A model generated the notes under the pieces. That model had not been told where the DNA came from. It saw only the letters and a program-made list of their open reading frames with translations, and did not search any database. Of a stretch of 64,000 bases of DNA, positions 47,816 through 55,588 are shown one piece after another (the first letter of the stretch is position 1; each line of letters starts with the position of its first letter). This stretch comes from a virus, in IMG/VR virus record IMGVR_UViG_3300022602_000029, positions 64,001-128,000 of that record; one strand, 5' to 3'. The position numbers were made by a program, and so were the translations under genes.

Positions 47816-47856
47816 AGTGCCTGGGGAGCGACTACCAGGACTTTGGGAGCAACCTA

Positions 47857-48132
47857 TTAAAGGGTGATGCCCAGGGCCATGGCCTTGTAACCTAGAGCTA
47901 CTAGCTCCTGGCTTGGGGTTCCCATTACATACTCTACCACGTGAGCGTTGTTACCTGCTACACGGTTCTTACGATATACAGCGAAACCATGCTGACGAAC
48001 ACGGCTGACCTCAGCGCTGATGTTTTTGATACCAAAACGCTTTTCAGCTTGGCTAGCAGTAATACGCTCGCCGGCCTGTAGTGCCTTGAATAACTTGTAT
48101 GCTTTGGTTTCTTGATTGAACTTCTTAATCAT
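47857..48132 (-). CDS. Winged-helix DNA-binding protein
   Basis: KLFKALQAGERITASQAEKRFGIKNISAEVSRVRQHG HTH pattern followed by a beta-wing. Confidence 0.6.
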   Translation of the reverse strand: MIKKFNQETKAYKLFKALQAGERITASQAEKRFGIKNISAEVSRVRQHGFAVYRKNRVAGNNAHVVEYVMGTPSQELVALGYKAMALGITL

Positions 48133-48179
48133 TTTTGTTGTTTCCTATATGTTGCTGTACTTAAACAGTTACATATATA

Positions 48180-48470
48180 TTACGCTTTCTTTACTGGCTT
48201 TGCAACTGGTTTTTTATCCAACTTCTTACTATTTCGTCCAACTGATCTAATGCTTGTTTCATTCTTCGCTCCAAATTCTTTTGTTACGTAATAGCGGATT
48301 AGGGATCTCTGGATCATCGTTACGAGATCCCCGTTGTCATCCGTGATGAACCGGACCGGACAGCGTCCCCAGGTGCCCAACCTTTGGAACTCTTCGAACC
48401 ACTTGCGATGGGCCTTGAGTTCCGGGTCAAAGACTACCCAGGGTCTACACATGTATGAGAGTCTACTCAT
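48180..48470 (-). CDS. Hypothetical protein with a basic tail
   Basis: ORF preceded by the GACCCCGCTG motif. Confidence 0.6.
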   Translation of the reverse strand: MSRLSYMCRPWVVFDPELKAHRKWFEEFQRLGTWGRCPVRFITDDNGDLVTMIQRSLIRYYVTKEFGAKNETSIRSVGRNSKKLDKKPVAKPVKKA

Positions 48471-48498
48471 TGGGTATTACAGCGGGGTCTCTGTATGT

Positions 48499-48906
48499 TT
48501 AGAAAGGTGCGTCTTCGAGATCGGCCTTAGTAGCGATACCTAATGGAGCCATGCCCTCTAGCGCTGGAACCTGTGGAGTTACCGCAGCCTTAGCTGGAGT
48601 TTCTTTCTTAGGCTTCTTAGCTTCTTTGTTAGGCTTTTGCTCTTTCTTGGCAGCCTGTGTAGAGACCCCACGCTTCTCAGCGGCAGCTTCGAGAGCGGCA
48701 CGCACGGCTTTGTTGCCGTTGTCAAAGTTGATGCTCAACAGGTATGCTACAGCATCTTCCTTGGTCATGGGGTTCTTGAGCTCGATGATATCGATATCTT
48801 TGTGCCCATTTTTACGTAGTACCTTGACACGCATAGCGTCATTGCAGAAGCGGACTTTGAACTCACCGTTTTGTTTTGAAACTCCGGCATGTGTGAACTT
48901 AGACAT
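48499..48906 (-). CDS. Hypothetical protein with a Lys/Ala-rich tail
   Basis: Start set at ATG 48906 (AAGGAG RBS); promoter at 48959-48987. Confidence 0.7.
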   Translation of the reverse strand: MSKFTHAGVSKQNGEFKVRFCNDAMRVKVLRKNGHKDIDIIELKNPMTKEDAVAYLLSINFDNGNKAVRAALEAAAEKRGVSTQAAKKEQKPNKEAKKPKKETPAKAAVTPQVPALEGMAPLGIATKADLEDAPF

Positions 48907-48983
48907 GTTAATCTCCTTGTAAATGTCTGTGTGTGAAAAATAACTAACTGGAACTATTAATATAGCACAGCTAGTTCGAACTG

Positions 48984-49259
48984 TCAACTGTTAATAGTTT
49001 CGAAAGGGCTCAGATCTTCGGTCTGTGGCTGATCCGCCACACCCTCACCATCCAACCAAGCTAACACCATCTCGATTGGAATCTCGAGCACGTTGGCGAT
49101 GGTTTTGGCACTCATGCCGTCGATGTAGAGTTGCTCGATATCATATGCGATGTCTTTCATTGCGCTCATTTCGTTCTCCAGTTTAGTGATTTCAATCTCA
49201 TCCCTAACCCCTCGGCTAGGGCTTTCCCTTAGTGCTTGTAGTCGAGCATGGATACTCAT
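48984..49259 (-). CDS. Small HTH-like protein
   Basis: GMSAKTIANVLEIPIEMVLAWL pattern; RBS. Confidence 0.6.
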   Translation of the reverse strand: MSIHARLQALRESPSRGVRDEIEITKLENEMSAMKDIAYDIEQLYIDGMSAKTIANVLEIPIEMVLAWLDGEGVADQPQTEDLSPFETINS

Positions 49260-49271
49260 AGTTGCTCCTTG

Positions 49272-49760
49272 TTAAGCGATTAGTTCCATAGTGTCAGAAA
49301 CAGAAGCCAATGCTTCAGCTAGTGGCACTAGCTTGTTGTAAAACTTCACGTCTGATTCGTAGGTGTTGCCCGCATACCACACACCATCCTGCATGATGTA
49401 GTACCATTCAGCGCCGCAGCCTTCAGCACGCTCAAAGAACTTGTCAAAGGTGTCGTCTACCTTCCACTCAGTACCAGTCTCGCCGCGATCGCGTCCGTAA
49501 AAGGTACAGCTATCACCGTGCTCGGCATCGTAGGCTGCCTGCTGATCTTCAGTGAGATCGTATGTGCTGAATGCATGCTTCTCTCCGATGTTCTTCTTGA
49601 GGCTGCTGAGATCGCCCAGTGATACTAGCTGGTTGGCCTTTGAGCTGTCGTAGTGTTGGGCTAAGAGTTGGCCATTGTGCTCTAGGTAGCCATCCCAGTG
49701 GCAGTATACGCTCTTGCAGTTGCTGCCGTGCATGACTCCGATGCGTGATCTTGTTCCCAT
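49272..49760 (-). CDS. Hypothetical phage protein (MGTRSRIG...YCHWDGY type)
   Basis: Own promoter at 49794-49822 and RBS. Confidence 0.75.
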   Translation of the reverse strand: MGTRSRIGVMHGSNCKSVYCHWDGYLEHNGQLLAQHYDSSKANQLVSLGDLSSLKKNIGEKHAFSTYDLTEDQQAAYDAEHGDSCTFYGRDRGETGTEWKVDDTFDKFFERAEGCGAEWYYIMQDGVWYAGNTYESDVKFYNKLVPLAEALASVSDTMELIA

Positions 49761-49818
49761 AAAGTTCGCTCCTTTTTGTTTAACAATAGATATATTATAC
49801 GATCAAAACTGCCGCCCG

Positions 49819-50043
49819 TCAACCAAAGGCACGCAATAACCCTACAACCATTATGGCTATTGATATCACGTTCACTGTCAGCTGTGGGCGATTCTTGACC
49901 CGATAGGCCCAGAAGGTAAAGGCCGCTGTGCCTACGGTGAAGCTCACGATGTTCCAGGGATAGGCCGCGGGCCCCACGCTGTTGAGTGCATGCCCTAGTA
50001 CTATGAGTACTGCGCCCGCCCACTGCACATGATCTAGCTTCAT
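49819..50043 (-). CDS. Small multi-pass membrane protein
   Basis: Three hydrophobic segments. Confidence 0.65.
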   Translation of the reverse strand: MKLDHVQWAGAVLIVLGHALNSVGPAAYPWNIVSFTVGTAAFTFWAYRVKNRPQLTVNVISIAIMVVGLLRAFG

Positions 50044-50312
50044 ACCACTTCCAACATGTTAGCTGGCACCTTCCAGAGACCCTCTGTGGTGCTGACCGTG
50101 ACGTATTTCTGTGCGATCTTGGTCACACTGCCCTGCATGGTTCGGCCGCGCCGCACGCTGTTAAAGGTCACTGCCTGCCCTAGGCGTAGCCCGCGCTTGT
50201 TTTCAGAGATCAGCCTGTGACGGGCGAACTTGACAGCTTCAGTGATGGTGTTCAATTCATCATTAGTGAACGAACCATGGATGATGGCTTGGTTGACTTG
50301 ATCGATGTTCAT
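50040..50312 (-). CDS. Hypothetical protein with an SH3-like C-terminus
   Basis: Own promoter at 50334-50362 and RBS. Confidence 0.65.
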   Translation of the reverse strand: MNIDQVNQAIIHGSFTNDELNTITEAVKFARHRLISENKRGLRLGQAVTFNSVRRGRTMQGSVTKIAQKYVTVSTTEGLWKVPANMLEVV

Positions 50313-50358
50313 GAGTGCTCCTTAAAAAAACTTAGTATACTATCGGTTTTACCATTTG

Positions 50359-50763
50359 TCAAGCTTCTTTATAGTGCTTCCACTTGTTGTGATCTCCTGC
50401 TCGCTTGCCTTTTTCCGAATGGCATAAACTACAGAGTTCCTGTAGATTTTGTGGACGATTGTCCGTGTTATCACCGTTCTTGTGATCTACTTCTGTGCTT
50501 AGTTTAAAGCCTGTAGATGCTACCAAGTCCCAATCTACTACACAGGGGAACCCTAGCCTGCTATTAATGTTAGAACAACGATTTTTCTTGAACCTTTTAA
50601 CCCCCGGAGCCAATGGATAATCCATATAGCTGTTCTTGTGACAAGTGCCGCAGAACACTCTATATCTCACATCTGATCCACCTACTCGTCCCCTCTGAGT
50701 GGCGCAGAGACTGCCACAGCCTGGGTTGATACAGATCGGTCTAAAATGTAATACTCGTCCCAT
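50359..50763 (-). CDS. HNH endonuclease with Zn-binding motifs
   Basis: EVDHKNGDNTDNRPQNLQELCSLCH. Confidence 0.8.
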   Translation of the reverse strand: MGRVLHFRPICINPGCGSLCATQRGRVGGSDVRYRVFCGTCHKNSYMDYPLAPGVKRFKKNRCSNINSRLGFPCVVDWDLVASTGFKLSTEVDHKNGDNTDNRPQNLQELCSLCHSEKGKRAGDHNKWKHYKEA

Positions 50764-50816
50764 AAGTCGCTCCTTGTTAGTCTATGTCGCTATTATACTG
50801 CCAAAATAAAGACCCT

Positions 50817-51137
50817 TCAATCTCCCCGGGTATCAGTGTTGAGCTCTGGGCGCAACTGCCTGCGTAGCTCCACTTCTCTGCGGTGCGCCTCGGCCTTGCC
50901 CCTGATGACTTCTAACACTGCTACAGTGATCTGGCTCTTGTCCTCTAGCAGCCTCAGCACTGAGCAGAGGCTCCAGTCCTTGGCCTCCGTGTGCGCACGA
51001 TAGAAGTGCTTGGCAGCACGGGTCCTGGCGCTTTTCAACGCTGTAGACTCTGTCTTAGCCGTGACACCCACGTAGCGCAGTGTGCCCACTGTCAGCTGAT
51101 AGATCACATGATTTCGATCGGTTCTTTTCTTTCTCAT
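50817..51137 (-). CDS. GIY-YIG-like nuclease-domain protein
   Basis: VIYQL...RYVGVT; R..KH; HRREVEL...PELN. Leaderless from promoter 51144-51172. Confidence 0.65.
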   Translation of the reverse strand: MRKKRTDRNHVIYQLTVGTLRYVGVTAKTESTALKSARTRAAKHFYRAHTEAKDWSLCSVLRLLEDKSQITVAVLEVIRGKAEAHRREVELRRQLRPELNTDTRGD

Positions 51138-51200
51138 ACACATATTATACAGTCGGTTTTACCATTTGTCAACCCTATGCTTGTAAAGATATGTAAAGCT

Positions 51201-51461
51201 TCAATCAGTAGGTCCCTTCTGCACCCTAGCCGCGGGATCTCCTCCGAGGATCCTCTTGATCTCAGTATCTGGATCACCCCGGGCCCTGGCCGATCTCCAT
51301 TCCGTTTCTCGCTGCTCGTCCTGAGCGCTGTCCTCTGTATACTGTCCGGGGCACACAGCATAGTCTGAATCACAGGCCGTGCCCCACAACAGCTCCGCTA
51401 AGACCCAGATCAAGAACACCACGAGGAACATGGTTTCTAGGGTCCAATCCGTCTTTTTCAT
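51201..51461 (-). CDS. Small membrane-anchored protein
   Basis: Hydrophobic N-terminus; GAAGG RBS. Confidence 0.5.
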   Translation of the reverse strand: MKKTDWTLETMFLVVFLIWVLAELLWGTACDSDYAVCPGQYTEDSAQDEQRETEWRSARARGDPDTEIKRILGGDPAARVQKGPTD

Positions 51462-51484
51462 AGTTAGATACCTTCTTTGATCTT

Positions 51485-51745
51485 AGAGAAACCCCGGCAG
51501 GACCTTCACGATCCCTGCCGAGGCTCAATCTGGGCTACTGCTAGTTCAGTTCCCAGAGCCCTCCTCCCCGTTTATGACTACCTCATATACGGTATAGCAC
51601 GCGGCTGCCTCCGCGAGGATTCTAGCACAGCACGGCTCCATGATGATCGCTCATCTCAGCTAGGCTGCCTCCTTAGTTCCGGCGCTTATCTAGACCACGG
51701 CAGCGGCTAGATCAAACCCGGGATTCTCTGTGCTATAGGCTTATA
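51485..51745 (-). ncRNA. Candidate ~260-nt structured small RNA
   Basis: Promoter at 51752-51780, several clean hairpins including a GNRA loop, and a terminal GC-rich hairpin; no credible ORF. Confidence 0.5.
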
Positions 51746-52088
51746 GTCACTAGTATACAGCCAATACACTACTAGGTCAACGTGTATATAGTACTAGACA
51801 CATATACACTCATGTAGCTATACACACATGTAGACATATACTCTAGCTCAAGATCCACACGCACATACCAGGACGGCTCTTAGCAGCGGGGTCATTTTAG
51901 ATCTAACTGTATATAGCTGGCTATATGGTCCTAGACCGTAGGGGCGCAGAATCAGGGGATTTCTGGTAAAATCGGTAGGAAAAACTGTGAAAACCATACC
52001 TAGATCTGTTGTTTCTACGCTGAAATCTAGCGTAATAAATCTTGACAGGCCGTTTGGCGAGACAGGCTATGCCAAAATACTTTTCAAG

Positions 52089-52141
52089 TTATCCACAGGC
52101 TATCCACAGCTTATACACATGTTATACACTCGTTATCCACT
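52089..52141 (+). repeat. Five tandem DnaA boxes at 11-bp period
   Basis: TTATCCACA 52089, CTATCCACA 52100, TTATACACA 52111, TTATACACT 52122, TTATCCACT 52133. Confidence 0.85.
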
Positions 52142-52485
52142 GGGTTGTCAACGTAGAAGTCACCCTGCTATCCCCTGCTAGAGCTTTACAGCGGGGTCAT
52201 CTTACAGTACAGCCAGAGTTAACTAGAGTTAGCATCTATCTTCTACTAGAAGATCTGGGCTATTCTAGCTTTTTTTACCGCTGAGCCTTACAGGCTAACT
52301 ACGGACTAACTAAGGGTTAACTAGCTACAGCGGGGTCTTTACAGCTATTAGACTATTCGTGTATACTGTGTGTACTGCGATTAGATATCTTATACGGGCA
52401 TTTGTATCTAGAATCACTATGAGTAGCCGGTGATGTGTGTCACTAGCACTTAGACATATTGCTTCTTGGCTATAAATATCTCTAT

Positions 52486-53640
52486 ATGAGATACAAAGAA
52501 TTCGCACCTACTGAGTCTGTTACAGCTGGTACATCTGATTGGCAACCGCTTTATCAGCTTTCACGACAGCTATATCAGCACGTCTATATCAAGGCTCTGG
52601 GACCGCGTGTTAGAGTACAGGTCAAGGACCTAGACAGCGTCTACACAGATCGCGATGGTAGTGATCTAGATGGTAAGATAGATCTAGAGTTTTGGCTAGA
52701 CGCTCCGCATGACTGGGACGTTATTAAGCAGAGCTACGAAGCTGGTGAGGATGATCACTGGCTAGTTGACTATCACATCACAGAAGCCGCTGATCAAGTA
52801 GCTGATGCTATACGTCGCTACTATGGCGATACTTGGGCTGAGATCAGCAATGAGCTAGAGGGCGGTTGGGGAGTGGATGGATCAGTCACAGAAGATGTGC
52901 AGTCGGCGGAACCGCTACCTCTGCGTGGCTATGAGAATCTCTACGTAGAAGATAGTTCACAAGGGCCCTTGCTCTATGGTGTAGACCTAGAATGGCACGG
53001 GGAATCGGGCATCATAGGTTGGTTTGACTTCACGGCTAATCTCTCGACTGGTGTATTCGAGATAACTGGTAATAGGGCCAACAGAACTAGTGGGGGCGAG
53101 TTCGACACTGACGGTGACCTAGAGCGGTGGATCGAAAGCTGTATCGAGGACGCACAGCGCGAGTATGGTACCGATTGGGATGATATCGATAGCGAGCTAC
53201 ACGGCAGCTGGGGAGTAGATGACACTGATGAATCCCTTGGTCAAGTGGCCAGCTTAGAAGCTACACCCATAAAAAACATCGATTCAGATCGTCTACAGCA
53301 GGCCATCACTACCATAGCCCAGTTGGTGCACGATCGACAGATGGCCTATGGTGTGGCCCAGCGTAGCACCCTAGAAAAGGAACAGGCCGCCAGATACCAA
53401 AAACGCTACGCCGCTGTAGCCGCAGATCGACTCAAGGCAGAACAGGGCGAACTGGCCGTGGCAGATCTGGCTACGGCCCTGTATCGATATGTCTATCAAC
53501 ATCAAGCAGGGCACCCCATGGGCGGTAGCAAGAGCCATAACCCCCTGCTACGTGACTTTTTAGAAAATGATGTTACTGTGTCAGTAGATGATCAAGGCGG
53601 ACTGCATCCCGAAGAAAGCAGTTGGGGTGTCGACAGCTGA
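52486..53640 (+). CDS. Acidic three-module protein; each module ends in WGVD
   Basis: Start set at ATG 52486 (MRYKEF), 7 nt after TATAAATA. Confidence 0.7.
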   Translation: MRYKEFAPTESVTAGTSDWQPLYQLSRQLYQHVYIKALGPRVRVQVKDLDSVYTDRDGSDLDGKIDLEFWLDAPHDWDVIKQSYEAGEDDHWLVDYHITEAADQVADAIRRYYGDTWAEISNELEGGWGVDGSVTEDVQSAEPLPLRGYENLYVEDSSQGPLLYGVDLEWHGESGIIGWFDFTANLSTGVFEITGNRANRTSGGEFDTDGDLERWIESCIEDAQREYGTDWDDIDSELHGSWGVDDTDESLGQVASLEATPIKNIDSDRLQQAITTIAQLVHDRQMAYGVAQRSTLEKEQAARYQKRYAAVAADRLKAEQGELAVADLATALYRYVYQHQAGHPMGGSKSHNPLLRDFLENDVTVSVDDQGGLHPEESSWGVDS

Positions 53641-54809
53641 TGAGAGCACGGGATTTCCTGCTGTTGGAATACGACAGATCCAAGACCCTAAAGACCTTTG
53701 GCACCAAGCTACTGCAGGCCCTGGCTAGAGATCCCACAGCGGACCCCAAGCTCAAACATCAGCAGGATCCCAAGCAGGTATTAGATCAGATAGAAACTAA
53801 CGACCCCACTGAGCACAAGGAATACACACAATGGCTGGCCAAATGCTACAGCAATGAGGCGGTCAAGCTAGAGGACATCAACAGCAAGGCACAAGAAGCC
53901 CTGGCCCTTTATCATCAGATGAAACGCAAGCGCCTGTTCCGTGGTGAATACAGCGCCTGGGGTGACATCTACAAGCTGTCATTCCGTGATCTGCTGAAGG
54001 TGGTGAATACTGCCCAGCTGAGCCAACAGCTGAATCGAGAAAAGAAAGAACGACCCAAGGGTAGCGCCACAGAAATACTACGCAACGACCAAGTGCGTAT
54101 CTTGAAGATCAACGATGAGGCCGCGGCCAAATACTACGGGCAGGGCACCACATGGTGCACTTCAGGTGACAAGGACAATCGTTTCAACTACTACAACGAC
54201 AAAGGCCCCATATTCGTGCTACTGCCCCAACACCCCCAGTATCAGGGTGAAAAGTATCAGATACACATAGCCACAGATCAGTTCATGGACCCCCAGGATG
54301 AGCCAGCAGGCGGGGGTACTGACATGGGCAGTTGGTATCTGTTGAAACGACGCTTTGGCGACATCACCTCCGTGATAGCAGAAAACGACCCCAACATTTA
54401 CCTTAACCTATACTTGATAGATGAAGTCACGTTCAACAGAGTATTGGACAAGGTCAAGGCCCTGGCCTATAGACGGGTGGGTGAGTTCCGTGATCTCTAC
54501 GGTGAAGATGCTCTACCCGATGATTGGATAGAAGAATACAATGAGTTTCTGGAAGAACTGGATCGGAGGGCCCTGATAGATCTACAGCAGGAACTAGACT
54601 ACCAAGATGGCCATCACAGGGATCTATTGGCCATACCAGATATGATAGCCTTGCCTATACTCAGCGAGCACTATGGTGTGCTGGGCGATCTAGACAACGG
54701 TGATCTTGCCCATGATCTAGCGCAGGCCATAGGCTACGGTATCGTGATCCAACATGATGGCAAGGGCAAGTTTACCGTAACTCTAGACCACCAATACGAC
54801 CCACATTAG
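53640..54809 (+). CDS. Hypothetical protein with a TxWC(T/I)S domain
   Basis: Starts MRARDFLLLE at a TGATG overlap; GTTWCTS motif shared with the 61977 protein. Confidence 0.65.
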   Translation: MRARDFLLLEYDRSKTLKTFGTKLLQALARDPTADPKLKHQQDPKQVLDQIETNDPTEHKEYTQWLAKCYSNEAVKLEDINSKAQEALALYHQMKRKRLFRGEYSAWGDIYKLSFRDLLKVVNTAQLSQQLNREKKERPKGSATEILRNDQVRILKINDEAAAKYYGQGTTWCTSGDKDNRFNYYNDKGPIFVLLPQHPQYQGEKYQIHIATDQFMDPQDEPAGGGTDMGSWYLLKRRFGDITSVIAENDPNIYLNLYLIDEVTFNRVLDKVKALAYRRVGEFRDLYGEDALPDDWIEEYNEFLEELDRRALIDLQQELDYQDGHHRDLLAIPDMIALPILSEHYGVLGDLDNGDLAHDLAQAIGYGIVIQHDGKGKFTVTLDHQYDPH

Positions 54810-55588
54810 GGTCCAGGGCTGAATATGGGCTTGGCCGCTAGGCTATCCGATGGGGGCTGTAGTATGGTCCAATCCGTGCCCAAGACAGGAGTTAGGTGTA
54901 TGTGGCTACGGGGTATCCAATACTTGTCTCCATCTATCTTGAGCTGATCCACTAGGTTGCTGAATGCGCTGTCTATCAGGATCATGGCCTGGGCACCCTC
55001 TATGACCTTGAGCCAATCAAACACGCTGTCAGTCAAGGCCCTTATTTCTATGCGTTGCCAGTCCGAAGGTACGTTGCTGAGATCAGCCGCACACCTGTAG
55101 GTGCTACCCTCTGTGTGATAGACCATGTACTGCTCTTGGGTCACTACCTTATCATAGAGCCGTTGCTCTCGCTCTGGGTTCCTAGTGATGCACTCACCTA
55201 GGGTCCATTTCTTCAGGAAGGGTACCCCCGCTTTAGAATACTTGAACTCGTCAAAATGCTGTATCTGGAAGAAGGGCTGTTGGCTCAGTTCTGGGCGTAT
55301 GTTCAGGGCCTGGTATAGGCATATGATCTCATCGCACTTGAAGGCCTTGAGCCTCTTTTCGGGCTCGGTATAAAAGAAGTCGCCCTTGCTGTCTTCGGGT
55401 ATGGGTATCCAGTGTACCCAAGGCACTGTCTCTTTGACAGACCCCCAGAATGGCTCACAGATGGGCCAATAGATCTGGTAGCCCTCATCGGCCCAGTATC
55501 GGGCGATGGGCAGGGCTATGATGATATCACCTAGCCCCCTTGATTGTATGATTCCTAGTTTCTTCATATTTTTAGTTATCGAATTCAA
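54806..55588 (-). CDS. GT9-like glycosyltransferase
   Basis: RGLGDIII N-terminal motif; LIDSAFSNL. Confidence 0.6.
   Translation of the reverse strand: MNSITKNMKKLGIIQSRGLGDIIIALPIARYWADEGYQIYWPICEPFWGSVKETVPWVHWIPIPEDSKGDFFYTEPEKRLKAFKCDEIICLYQALNIRPELSQQPFFQIQHFDEFKYSKAGVPFLKKWTLGECITRNPEREQRLYDKVVTQEQYMVYHTEGSTYRCAADLSNVPSDWQRIEIRALTDSVFDWLKVIEGAQAMILIDSAFSNLVDQLKIDGDKYWIPRSHIHLTPVLGTDWTILQPPSDSLAAKPIFSPGP

Larger units (their letters stand above)
42445..51780 (-). repeat. Dispersed family of ~16 sigma70 promoter/hairpin/RBS cassettes
   Basis: TTGA(C)-N17-TATAAT/TATACT-type promoters at 42445-42473, 42763-42791, 44674-44702, 45509-45537, 45759-45787, 47372-47400, 47684-47712, 48959-48987, 49794-49822, 50334-50362, 50792-50820, 51144-51172 and 51752-51780. 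Weaker copies at 43016-43046 (N19), 45575-45603 and 46035-46063. Confidence 0.9.

Noticed and set aside
47761-47820. Hammerhead ribozyme (CTGATGA...GAAA followed by a long stem)
   Set aside because: Stem II cannot form properly, five A's break the GAAA/stem III register, and there is no NUH site. The stem is better explained as the minus-strand terminator.
51601-51675. GGAGGCAGC as a 16S rRNA fragment
   Set aside because: The match is only 9 nt and the flanks do not match rRNA.
42445-52141. CRISPR array
   Set aside because: Repeats are degenerate promoters separated by whole genes, or 9-mers with 2-nt gaps. There is no repeat-spacer periodicity and no cas gene.
52150-52330. DnaA-trio unwinding element next to the DnaA boxes
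   Set aside because: TAG/CTA triplets are common here but do not form a regular in-phase run, so an origin cannot be claimed on this basis.
45213-52337. CAGCGGGGTC as the 3' end of a c-di-GMP-I riboswitch
   Set aside because: None of the copies has the upstream GCAAA/GAAA/GCCUCCGG elements.
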